Shown one piece after another: positions 8,405 through 17,749 of a DNA stretch of 64,000 nt. The stretch is from Minisyncoccota bacterium (GTDB lineage Bacteria; Patescibacteriota; Minisyncoccia; Phycocordibacterales; XYD1-FULL-46-19). The notes under the pieces are model-generated. The model was not told the origin of the DNA, did not search any database, and worked only from the letters and a program-made list of their open reading frames with translations. The stretch spans positions 30,366 to 94,365 of the forward strand of contig JBBDJY010000013.1 of NCBI GenBank assembly GCA_040879645.1, read 5' to 3'. A program made the translations under genes and the position numbers. Numbering within the stretch: the first letter of the stretch is position 1; every line of letters starts with the position of its first letter.

Positions 8405-10237
8405 TTACTGACTGTTATTAAATTCGTCCTTGGCTTTTTTAATCGCCAGAAGTTGCGACGGATCGGAAGTGATAATTTGATCTTCGGTATAAGAAGCAAT
8501 GATTTTAATCGCCACTCGTTTCAGGCCGGCAAAAAAGATACCCTCACCGACACTTGATTCCAATAATAGAAACTTTTCTTCCTCGGTTAAATTGAAAGTC
8601 TTTTGCACCAAGTCAATGGTGGCCGGTGATTGCTTTAAAATGAGTTGAATTGATGAGTTGGTGATAATCGGCGTACCGTAAGGCGAACGGAGGAAATCAC
8701 CGACATCCTGGGTAATGGTCGCCACCCCCAAAAAGTATTTTCGGCCGCGTTTAACCAAAGAAAAGAGAAAAGAAGCGGTATCTTCTTGTTTCATCATCCA
8801 CCAAGCCTCATCAACCACCAAGAGGCGTTTTTTTAAGTTGCGTCGGATAGTATTCCAGATATGATGCATTACGATATACATTGCCACCGGTTTTAATTCG
8901 TCTTCCATATCTCGGACGGAAAAAACAACCATATTTTTATTGATATCGACATTGGTCGGCCGGTTGATAAAACCGGACCAAGTGCCTTGAGTATATTTAC
9001 CCAAGCGCTGGGCCAAGGACTCCCCGCCTTCCATTCCGGCCAAGACCAATTCCAAGTCGGACAAAAGCGGTGCCGGTTTGTTGGTAAAATCGGAATCGGC
9101 GGTAATATCTTTTAAGGCGTAAGTTTCGGTAATCGCCCGGTCAATGATTGAATCTTCTTCGGCTGACAATCCGCCGAGCATAATACGGAATAAGCCGACC
9201 AAGGTGATGGTGTTTGACCGCAAAACATCAGCCGGCGACTCGTCTTCGCGCGGGAAGGGTAAGTCAAAAGGATTGATATGGTGTTCGGAGGTCAGTGAAA
9301 CATTAAAATAACGCCCACCAACGGCTTCGGCTAAAAATTCGTATTCTCGTTCCGGGTCAATAACAATGACATCGGTTTCGTACATGAGACTGCGCAAAAT
9401 TTCCAACTTGGTGGCATAAGATTTACCGGCGCCGGATTTGGCAAAAATGACCGAATTGTAATTTTCCAACGAGAAGCGGTCAAAAAGCACCAATGATGAA
9501 TTGTGGCGATTAATACCGTAAAGAATTCCCTTATTGGAAGTCAGGTCAAAAGAAACAAACGGAAACAGACTAGATAGTGGTGAGGAGTTTAATTTGGAAT
9601 TTATCCCCAAAAGATCTTTGGCGATGGGAATCGTGCTCTTGAAACCGGCTTCTTGTTGGAATAGGGCCGGTTTTAAATAAACCAATTTGGAATCCAAGAT
9701 TGATTTCAGATCCGATTCGGTATTGTCCAAATCATCTTCATCTTCGCCATAAATGGTAACATATAAACCGACATCAAAGATTTTTTCTTGAGCTTGTTGG
9801 AGTTGATTACGCAAGTTTTCAATGTCTTCATGGGCGGTGTCCAATTTAGGGTCTCGAACATAACCTTTTTCTTCCCGGATACTGATTTGACTTTGGACTT
9901 CAGCCAGTTTTTTTTGCAATTGCTTTAAAGCCAAACTGGAATCAATCGGGTGGATAAAAATAGACACATCAAAAACCCGATCCAAGTTAATCACCGGCGA
10001 AAACCACTCCTCGTTTAAGAAACGAGGATAAGAGATAACAAACATCGTTCGGGCCATTTTTTCGCCCAAATTAAGGTTTTTTGGACTGATTTTAAGGGCC
10101 GAGGGAGCGATAATATCACGCAATTGCAAAACTCCCATCTCATAGATGTCTTGCGGTAAGACCGGGGTGATAAATTCCTCGGCCTGTGATTGTTTTTTTC
10201 TGCCGAATAAAGCCATATTAAGTGGCGCTCGGGACAT
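8405..10237 (-). CDS. VirB4/TraC/CagE-family T4SS ATPase, C-terminal 610-aa part
   Basis: Walker A GAGKSYATK, Walker B LLVVDEAWWM (the DEAW motif of VirB4), and a CagE_TrbE_VirB-like N-terminal region (YPRFLNEEWFSPV). Confidence 0.85.
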   Translation of the reverse strand: MSRAPLNMALFGRKKQSQAEEFITPVLPQDIYEMGVLQLRDIIAPSALKISPKNLNLGEKMARTMFVISYPRFLNEEWFSPVINLDRVFDVSIFIHPIDSSLALKQLQKKLAEVQSQISIREEKGYVRDPKLDTAHEDIENLRNQLQQAQEKIFDVGLYVTIYGEDEDDLDNTESDLKSILDSKLVYLKPALFQQEAGFKSTIPIAKDLLGINSKLNSSPLSSLFPFVSFDLTSNKGILYGINRHNSSLVLFDRFSLENYNSVIFAKSGAGKSYATKLEILRSLMYETDVIVIDPEREYEFLAEAVGGRYFNVSLTSEHHINPFDLPFPREDESPADVLRSNTITLVGLFRIMLGGLSAEEDSIIDRAITETYALKDITADSDFTNKPAPLLSDLELVLAGMEGGESLAQRLGKYTQGTWSGFINRPTNVDINKNMVVFSVRDMEDELKPVAMYIVMHHIWNTIRRNLKKRLLVVDEAWWMMKQEDTASFLFSLVKRGRKYFLGVATITQDVGDFLRSPYGTPIITNSSIQLILKQSPATIDLVQKTFNLTEEEKFLLLESSVGEGIFFAGLKRVAIKIIASYTEDQIITSDPSQLLAIKKAKDEFNNSQ

Positions 10238-10892
10238 CCCGTTCGCCCGGATTAAAGACTCGGAAATATAATTCGACCAGTTCTTCAGTCCCTAAAATGG
10301 CGGTATTAACGCCAAAACGGCTTAAACCTTGTTCAATGACGCTCATCCGCTGTTCCAATTGAATCTTGTTTTCTTCAAACGGATCATCTCCTTGGTCGGT
10401 TTTTGGCCGATCTTTTTTCCGGCCGAATGGTAATTTAGCCCAAAGTGAGTTGCGGTCTTGGAAAATCGGCGGTGAATAAGGAATGACGATGAAAAAATTT
10501 TTAGTCATTACTTTGGTTGATTGGGTAAAACTTTTGATAAACTCCATATATTCCCGGGTCTGAATTTTAATTAAATCATTGGTTTGGTTTTTTAAGCGTT
10601 CTTCAATCAGTTTCAAATATGGCCGAATATCCAATTTGCGTGATTGGATGAATATTTGGATGTCAAAATCCAAAGAATTAAGAAAATTTTGATATTGCAT
10701 AATAATCGCCGTTTGTTCGTCACTGGATTTAAGAGAAAAGTTAAGCGAGGAGGCAATCATCACCGCCCGAAAAGAACCGTCATTCAAGATAACAACCTGA
10801 TCGCGTATTTCTTTGATCGAGGTGAAGTCTTGGGTTGCTTTAGTGGTTTTATTAGCCATTATTTTACCTTTTCTTTTACATCTAAATTCCAA
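10218..10892 (-). CDS. VirB4-family ATPase N-terminal domain fragment (split or frameshifted gene)
   Basis: The 224-aa ORF overlaps the next ORF by 20 nt in a different frame. ILNDGSFRAVMIASSLNFSLKSSDEQTAIIMQYQNFLNSLDFDIQIFIQS matches the N-terminal domain of Gram-positive VirB4/TraE-like ATPases. Confidence 0.6.
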   Translation of the reverse strand: MEFRCKRKGKIMANKTTKATQDFTSIKEIRDQVVILNDGSFRAVMIASSLNFSLKSSDEQTAIIMQYQNFLNSLDFDIQIFIQSRKLDIRPYLKLIEERLKNQTNDLIKIQTREYMEFIKSFTQSTKVMTKNFFIVIPYSPPIFQDRNSLWAKLPFGRKKDRPKTDQGDDPFEENKIQLEQRMSVIEQGLSRFGVNTAILGTEELVELYFRVFNPGERDVPSAT

Positions 10893-11263
10893 GATAGGTC
10901 TTCCAACCGGCTATTCGACAGTCGGGGCAGGGCCGGCTCATTACTGTTTTCTTTATTTCCGCCGACACTTTTGGTTTTAATTTTTTCTGATTTTCGCCAG
11001 ATATATAATTTAGCGGTGAGTAAGTAACGGAAGAACATTTCAACCACATGAATAAACGGTCGGTTGTTAACTTGGTAAAAAGCCAAAGCCAAACCGAAAG
11101 CGATAATTATAATCATCGGGATAATGGCCAAGTAAATAGGTAATAACGCGTAGAAAATAAAAGCCAAACCGCCACTACCGGCCAGGTAGAGAAATTGTTT
11201 AAAAGTTAGGGGGCCGAAGATTCGGTCCTCAATCTCAATAAATTGTGGCACTTGAAAATTCAT
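10859..11263 (-). CDS. PrgI/VirB3-like small membrane protein
   Basis: 134 aa. MNFQVPQFIEIEDRIFGPLTFKQFLYLAGSGGLAFIFYALLP followed by two TMs matches the PrgI family. It lies immediately upstream of and overlapping the VirB4 gene, as in Gram-positive T4SS. Confidence 0.6.
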   Translation of the reverse strand: MNFQVPQFIEIEDRIFGPLTFKQFLYLAGSGGLAFIFYALLPIYLAIIPMIIIIAFGLALAFYQVNNRPFIHVVEMFFRYLLTAKLYIWRKSEKIKTKSVGGNKENSNEPALPRLSNSRLEDLSWNLDVKEKVK

Positions 11264-11376
11264 TACCCGATACGCTTAATTGTAGCATTGATTGAAAACG
11301 GACTCAAAGCAAAATCGCCTGACAATACCCGATAATCGACGGTTTTTAATTAAAGTCCACCGGCTTTTCTTGTCGA

Positions 11377-11988
11377 TTACTCCAACGGTTCTTTATAGGG
11401 GTCTTTTTCTATCCTTTCTTTGGATAAGGCCAAGTTATCGGTATCACCATCATTTTGTTTTTCGGTTTTGTCTGGGTTTTCTTCGTCTTCAATATCGGCC
11501 CGCCGATTGGTAAATAACGAACTCATTTTTTCAGCAAAAATATCCCGCCGATTTTCTTCTCCACTTTCGTTTTCAGAAGGTTTTTGCTTGTCCCCGGCTT
11601 CTTTTTCAACTTCTTTGTTTTCCGCCGGTGGTTCGGCCGGCGGTGTCGCCACTGTCGGGTCTTCGACTTCAAAACCGCGGACTTTTTGTAAAGAATCTTT
11701 AACCGGTCGGAAAATTTTCTCGTCTATTTCTTTGGCAATTTCTCGGGCCAGATCATTGGATATATGTAGTCGGCGAGCCAAGTTGCCGATATATTGCCCC
11801 GGTCGAGTTAGGCCCATCATTACCAAGCCGGTTTCTTCGGCCAACTCACCCATTTGGTCCACATGCAGGTGGTGCTTGACGCTTGCCTGACGGATAATGT
11901 CAGCCGTTTCGACGGCGACAATGGCGTCTTTCAAGTCCGTCGGTAATTTTTTAAAGACTTCATCTAATTGTTCTTGAGTGTAGTCCAT
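11377..11988 (-). CDS. Hypothetical protein with a structured N-terminal about 100 aa and an acidic disordered tail
   Basis: 203 aa, no TM, C-terminus rich in E, D and K. Part of the operon. Confidence 0.45.
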   Translation of the reverse strand: MDYTQEQLDEVFKKLPTDLKDAIVAVETADIIRQASVKHHLHVDQMGELAEETGLVMMGLTRPGQYIGNLARRLHISNDLAREIAKEIDEKIFRPVKDSLQKVRGFEVEDPTVATPPAEPPAENKEVEKEAGDKQKPSENESGEENRRDIFAEKMSSLFTNRRADIEDEENPDKTEKQNDGDTDNLALSKERIEKDPYKEPLE

Positions 11989-12004
11989 ATGATTGATTTG
12001 ATTA

Positions 12005-14623
12005 TTATGAATTTCCTAAGTCGGTTGGCGGGTTCTTTTTCTTGGCTTTCCGCGCCGCGCCGGCGGTACTCTCGAGATAAGCTCTAGCTTCCGGCATGCC
12101 GTTACCGGCTAGAATTTCCTTCTCGACTTTACCCCAAGTCCCACGGGAAATCCCCTCTCCTTGAGTGGCGGCTCTTTGAATGGCGGCGACATCCTCTTTG
12201 TTTAAGAGTTTGATGACCGCTTCATTTTCCAAAATTTGACTGTCGAGGGCCGCCACTTGTTTACTGCTCAGTTCATTTAATTGCGTGGTCAATCGGTTTA
12301 AGTCGATTGGCGCTCCGTCATTTTGATTTCTGATGGATTCCCCGATGCCATCCATAGCTTGGCGGACAGTATCACTTACTCCGACTTTTTTCATTTCGGT
12401 CACCAGTTTATTTTGGTCTTCAGCCGACAAAGAATATTTAAGACCGATATCTTTATTGGTTGTTGGATCAGCGGTTTCTTTGGTAATTTCTTCGGCCGCT
12501 TCCAAGTAGCCGGGTTCAACTTTTCTAGCGCCGGCGGTTATTTCTGTTTCCAATCCGGCCCGATCAGTATTACTTAAGTTGCCATATAGAATTTTGCGAT
12601 CGGCCGGATCCAAGGATACATAGAATTTACCTCGCTCTTCCCGATTTCCTTTATCTTGATATTCTCGTTTAAAGCGATTACCGATTTCTTTTTCTATGCT
12701 GTCTTTCTTTTCTCCCTTTAATCCTTGACGCAATTCCGTAAGGACATTAACCAATTCGGTATTACCCGATTGGCGGGCGGCCATTTCCATATCCGCCTTT
12801 TCGCGATCAGGTAGTCCTTCATACATCTTCTTTCGATCTTCTTTACCGCCAATCATTAAGAGTTTTTCACCAACATTCTTTAAGTACTCGGCCTTTTGTT
12901 CCGGATTCATACCCTTGGTGGTCTCCATTCTCCTTTCTTGGCGCTTCTTAAGGCGGTCTTCATAAGAGGTTTCGCCACCGAACTTCAGGCCGGCCGTCTT
13001 TTGAGCGGTCTTTTTGACTAAACCGCCGATAACCGGACTCTTGGCCGCCCAAGATTTGAGTCGATCTGAGCCGGCAATTTTATTAGCCGTTTTGCCGGCG
13101 GTATAGACACCGGCACCAGCAACAGTACCTATTCCGGCTTTCTTCCCCCACTTTTTTGAACGATCAACAGCAAAACCTTTAGCCCAACTCCCGCCGTGAG
13201 CACCGAGTTTGGAAGCGATGATAATCGCCGCTAAGAGAAAGCCGACGAGGAAGATGAACATAATAGTGTCTTGCAAAGCCCCACCCCAACCTTCGCTTGC
13301 GGCCATAATGTCATGGCGATTATCGGCAATTTTCAAAGTAATGAAAAGCATCACCATAAAGACCGGCGCGAATATCGCTTGATTAGTTAATTCTTTAACC
13401 CATTTGTCAAAAGTGTCCCCTTTCAATTTTGGTATGACATAACCGACAAAAGCCAAAGGTGCCAAGATAATTAACAGGAGGAGAATTATAGTACGGATGA
13501 TGAATAAAACGGCGGCGGCAAGAATAACCAAAGTGGTAACGATTATCAAAATAGACGAACCGAGTGCGCTGATAATAACTTTATCAAAACTCAAACCGCC
13601 GGTTTGACCAAAGACGGGCGCTTGGCCGGATTTAGCGCCAACGAATTGACTAGGACCGACACCGGTAATAAAAATAGCACTAATATCCGGCGCAGTGTTT
13701 CCATCTGTTTCTGTCCCGATATTATTGTAAAAAGAAACGGAAATAACATTGGAAACATCAATCACCACGCGAGTCAGGACGGCGCTAAAGTTGACCAAGA
13801 GGGCGATGATAATGATATGGCCGATCATTTTTTTGGCTTGGCCGCTGTTGATTTGCAAAATGGTGCTGATGGCGATATAAAGGAGGATAAAAATAAAAGC
13901 GATATTGGCCAGATCGCGGACCATCCGCCAACTTTCGGCGACAAAAGTCATATCAGCCAAATCTTTGAAATTAACGATTGATAATTGAATACTCCAATTA
14001 AAAAGTATGCCGGCGAAATCAAGGGCCAAACTTAAAAGCCATAAAGTTAAAGAGGCCAGCCAGGCGACTCCTTCAGTGATACAAGCTCCAATACTAAAAT
14101 TCGTCAAATTGGTGCAGGTAGACACCCCATCTCTCCTTATTTGATCAACAGCCGCAGTGCTTCCGCTCCAATCATCTTGGCGAACAGTAGATAAAGCTTG
14201 GTTGTTTTCCTCTATTTTTTCTCTAAAATCCTCTATGTTTTGTTGAAGTTCAGACAATCTTTGTTGTTCTTCCGAGGTGGCGGAGCGATTTTCTGCCGCG
14301 ATTTGTGATTGGATTGTTTCAATTTCATTTTGATTTTCTCCTAGCAACCTATTTAATTGCTCGTCGAGTCGTTGGTGCATCTCCTCTACTTCTTGGATAC
14401 TTTCTCTGTCCCGAAATATAGCGAGAAGAGGTCGATCAAACACCATGCCTATCATATAGTCGTCCGCGGTAAGTACCATATCCCAGATATCTCCCCAATT
14501 AATAAAAGCGGATGCCGGAATTGGTGCCGACAGAGTCAATGCCAATAAGGCAATAATTACTACCGTTTTTAAGTTTCGGCGGTTAATTGCCGAGAGTAAT
14601 TTCTTTGGTGATTGGATCGCCAT
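12005..14623 (-). CDS. Large polytopic membrane protein, VirB6/TrbL-like candidate
   Basis: 872 aa. A signal or TM is followed by a coiled-coil ectodomain, then at least 6 TM helices, then a long charged cytoplasmic tail. This architecture and operon context fit Gram-positive VirB6 analogues. Confidence 0.5.
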   Translation of the reverse strand: MAIQSPKKLLSAINRRNLKTVVIIALLALTLSAPIPASAFINWGDIWDMVLTADDYMIGMVFDRPLLAIFRDRESIQEVEEMHQRLDEQLNRLLGENQNEIETIQSQIAAENRSATSEEQQRLSELQQNIEDFREKIEENNQALSTVRQDDWSGSTAAVDQIRRDGVSTCTNLTNFSIGACITEGVAWLASLTLWLLSLALDFAGILFNWSIQLSIVNFKDLADMTFVAESWRMVRDLANIAFIFILLYIAISTILQINSGQAKKMIGHIIIIALLVNFSAVLTRVVIDVSNVISVSFYNNIGTETDGNTAPDISAIFITGVGPSQFVGAKSGQAPVFGQTGGLSFDKVIISALGSSILIIVTTLVILAAAVLFIIRTIILLLLIILAPLAFVGYVIPKLKGDTFDKWVKELTNQAIFAPVFMVMLFITLKIADNRHDIMAASEGWGGALQDTIMFIFLVGFLLAAIIIASKLGAHGGSWAKGFAVDRSKKWGKKAGIGTVAGAGVYTAGKTANKIAGSDRLKSWAAKSPVIGGLVKKTAQKTAGLKFGGETSYEDRLKKRQERRMETTKGMNPEQKAEYLKNVGEKLLMIGGKEDRKKMYEGLPDREKADMEMAARQSGNTELVNVLTELRQGLKGEKKDSIEKEIGNRFKREYQDKGNREERGKFYVSLDPADRKILYGNLSNTDRAGLETEITAGARKVEPGYLEAAEEITKETADPTTNKDIGLKYSLSAEDQNKLVTEMKKVGVSDTVRQAMDGIGESIRNQNDGAPIDLNRLTTQLNELSSKQVAALDSQILENEAVIKLLNKEDVAAIQRAATQGEGISRGTWGKVEKEILAGNGMPEARAYLESTAGAARKAKKKNPPTDLGNS

Positions 14624-17600
14624 TGTTGGTTGTACACCTTAACTGGTAATTGGTTTTTGGTTTGATGGTAATTGTTCCCGTCGTCGGCCGGAAATTAAAA
14701 AGGTATTTATTGAATTCATTCCTCTGAATAGTGTTTTCGTTAGTGGAACTGATGGTATTATTAATTGTTTGTTTAAAAGTCTCCACCATCCCGGCCTTAT
14801 CTCCGCCGTCTGCGTGAATTTGGATGGCGACGGAATAGGGATCTCTGGCTCCGGCTGAGGTTGAGTTGGCATTGGGGCCGAGAGCGATCCTAAAGGTGTC
14901 ATTACCTTGGATATCATCAGGCATGGTAATGGTCGTTATTTGATGACTGCCGTCATTGGCTGATTGGGAAATTACCGTCCCGGTAACAATTCGAGTGATA
15001 TCACCCGGTCTTTCTCGTAAAAAGTTAACACCGAAATTAAGCGGTAGAGTTATTTCTCTTTCTCCATTACTATCCAAAGTTTCACCATCGGTGACAATCG
15101 GAACAATCCCCGATCCGGTCGGATTACCGGCCGGCCAATTGTTATCGGCAACACAAGTGTCTATGCCTTGCCCTTCCCAGTTTAACACGGCGATGTTGTT
15201 GCCGGCGGCAATTTGATTGGCCGTCGGTTTGGCGATATTAAAAGTCAGTTCGGGTGCGGTGTAAGTTTCGCGATTACGCAATGATGATAAAACATCAAGA
15301 ATTCTCTGAATCATATCGCCGGCTCCTCCACCACCGGCGGCGGCGGCCGGACTGCCTCCCCCCCCACCGGTGCTTTGCGGTTTAAAACTCAAGACCTCTT
15401 GAGCGGTTGGTTCATTACCCGGCGCAAGATCACCCGGTTCGGGGTCGGTATAGAGTTCTTGTCGATAACTGAAAGCATCGGCCACGCTCTCTTTAACTTG
15501 AATTGCCGGCGTGGTAATTTCCCATTTGGCACAAGCTCCACTTGCTGTGGGTTCAATACAGTTTCTGATTGGTAGGTACCCTTGACCGGCGACCAGTTCA
15601 TTACGGAAGTTTTCCTCGGCCTGTCTTTGGCGCAAACTCAAAGCTGTTTGATTAAGCATAAAAGAGGTGGCCGGATTGTTGGCCTCAAACGGATTATTGA
15701 TGGCAATTAAGTTTTGGAAAACATCAGCGGAACCGGTATTGCCGGAAACAAAATTATTGTAAACTTCTCGGCTAATACTTGAGCGTGGAATGTCCGGTTG
15801 GCTGATTTGTCGGCGCAGGGCGGCGGCGGTTTCGGCCTTGAAAGCATCTCCCGATTCTTCTCCTTCGAGTTGGTCTAAATAGACTTGATTGGTTTCCGGT
15901 TGGATAACTTCTCTTAGATATCTTTCGGTGTCGGTAACATAGAGGGGCGATTCGGTACCTTCGCCATCAGTTTTGTGCCCCCGGTCGACCAAGTCGGCCA
16001 GTTCATGGCGGTATTGTTCAATATTACTGGCCGCTTGCCGGCGTAAATCGGGATTTTCCATTACCTCTCTTTGTTCGGCCGCCGTTTGGATGCGTTGGAT
16101 GGATTTTAGATACATACACATCTGGACAGTTAATTCCTGGATACTTTTAGTGCTTTCATCAATATTTTGATTGCTGGACAAAAGCGGACCGTCAACTTCT
16201 TTAACCGGAACATATAGACCACCACCTAAGCCGGGAATTAAATTAAGACCGGGAAGAGATAAACCGCCCAGTCCGCCGGTTAGGGCTTCAACCGCACCGC
16301 CAACCGCTTCTCCCAGTGGACCGGTTAAAGAACCGAGGTTTAATCCCCCGAGAACATTTTCGGTCATACTGCCTAAAGCGCCATTAAAAGCTTCACCGAC
16401 ACCGCCCAAGACATTATTAAAAACGCCGGTTACCGGATCTAATACCGTCCCCATCACCGAATCAACCACCTCATTTAAGGGGTCCAAGACCGTCCCCATG
16501 ACCGAATCAACCACATCATTCAGAGGCGCTAAAACACTGCCGGTAACCTGATTAATTAGACCGTTGGCCGAGCCTAAAAGCGAACCGGTTAAGTCATTTA
16601 CCGTTGTGTTTATAATATTACTGAATTGATTATTAACTCCGGCCATCAGTTGATTCATATTGGTCCCGCCCAAAATCTCGGTGACCGCTTGATTAACAAA
16701 ACCACCAGCCGAACCGCCAATCGAACCATTACCCAAGCCTTGGCTTAGTTGGGCAACAATCTCGTCAAGTGCCCCGCCGTTATCTTCCAGGACGGTGGCT
16801 AATTGTTCGCCGAATATACCGGTAAAATCTTCAGTCAATAAATTGTTTTGATTGTTGATACTGGCGACGGCTTGGGTGGATATTTCCGCCAATAAATCGT
16901 CATTTAATTGCTCCAATACTTGAGCGGTTAGGCCGTCAAGGCCGGCGGTTTCAGTAGTTAGAAAATCAAGGGTAGTTGCCGACAGGTCACGATTGAGAAT
17001 TTCCGGTAAATCCGTTTCAATCGCCCCGGGTAAATTTTCAGTCATCACTCTCTCCAGGGCGGTCGGCAACCCTTCTTCCAAAACACGGCCAAAAGCATCG
17101 GGTAAAGCTTGGTTAAGGGTTCGTTGCAGGGCATTGGGTAAATGAGTTTCAACTGAAGTGGTAAAAGTATCGCGGAATATTTGTTCAAAAGTTTCGGCGT
17201 CGATTGTTTGCCCGGGATTTAGATTTAGATTAGCGGCCAGGGCTTCTTCAAAACTCGGTCGGGTGGCCGTACCGAGACGAAGAAGGCGGGATAATTGATC
17301 CGGTAAATTGTTCTGAATTCCCCTCTCCAGTTCGGCCGGTAATCTTTCGGTTACTTCTCTCTCCAATTCAGCCGGTAAATGTTCATTAACCGTTTCTTGG
17401 GTGATGGTGGCCAGCCCGTTATGAGCGGCTTGACCCAGGGCCCCACCGACTTCACCACCGCCACCTAAGCCGGCTTGGGCTAAACACTCTTGCCGGTCCT
17501 CGTTTTGTAATTGCTCAATATAATCGGCTTCACTCTCCAGGGCTTCTTGGTCGGTGCCGGTCCTCTCTTCCAAACTTGGCATCGTTTCCAGATGTTGATT

Positions 17601-17723
17601 AGGGTCTTCCTCTTGGGCAAAAATATTTCTAACCGAGTCATTGAATACCGAGTAATAGATGAGGCCGGCACCGGCGCTTACCACCAGGGCGGTGATAATC
17701 ATTTTTTGTTTGGTCAGATTCAT
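14583..17723 (-). CDS. Giant secreted or surface protein with LPxxLxR tandem repeats and Gly-rich repeats
   Basis: 1046 aa with an N-terminal TM or signal. About 11-aa periodic LPAELER/LPNALQR/LPTALER motifs, repeated DVVDSVMGTVLDPLNE units and Gly-rich linkers. Overlaps the downstream gene by 41 nt. Confidence 0.6.
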   Translation of the reverse strand: MNLTKQKMIITALVVSAGAGLIYYSVFNDSVRNIFAQEEDPNQHLETMPSLEERTGTDQEALESEADYIEQLQNEDRQECLAQAGLGGGGEVGGALGQAAHNGLATITQETVNEHLPAELEREVTERLPAELERGIQNNLPDQLSRLLRLGTATRPSFEEALAANLNLNPGQTIDAETFEQIFRDTFTTSVETHLPNALQRTLNQALPDAFGRVLEEGLPTALERVMTENLPGAIETDLPEILNRDLSATTLDFLTTETAGLDGLTAQVLEQLNDDLLAEISTQAVASINNQNNLLTEDFTGIFGEQLATVLEDNGGALDEIVAQLSQGLGNGSIGGSAGGFVNQAVTEILGGTNMNQLMAGVNNQFSNIINTTVNDLTGSLLGSANGLINQVTGSVLAPLNDVVDSVMGTVLDPLNEVVDSVMGTVLDPVTGVFNNVLGGVGEAFNGALGSMTENVLGGLNLGSLTGPLGEAVGGAVEALTGGLGGLSLPGLNLIPGLGGGLYVPVKEVDGPLLSSNQNIDESTKSIQELTVQMCMYLKSIQRIQTAAEQREVMENPDLRRQAASNIEQYRHELADLVDRGHKTDGEGTESPLYVTDTERYLREVIQPETNQVYLDQLEGEESGDAFKAETAAALRRQISQPDIPRSSISREVYNNFVSGNTGSADVFQNLIAINNPFEANNPATSFMLNQTALSLRQRQAEENFRNELVAGQGYLPIRNCIEPTASGACAKWEITTPAIQVKESVADAFSYRQELYTDPEPGDLAPGNEPTAQEVLSFKPQSTGGGGGSPAAAAGGGGAGDMIQRILDVLSSLRNRETYTAPELTFNIAKPTANQIAAGNNIAVLNWEGQGIDTCVADNNWPAGNPTGSGIVPIVTDGETLDSNGEREITLPLNFGVNFLRERPGDITRIVTGTVISQSANDGSHQITTITMPDDIQGNDTFRIALGPNANSTSAGARDPYSVAIQIHADGGDKAGMVETFKQTINNTISSTNENTIQRNEFNKYLFNFRPTTGTITIKPKTNYQLRCTTNNGDPITKEITLGN

Positions 17724-17749
17724 TTTTAAAATAATTGATGATTCGGCAA

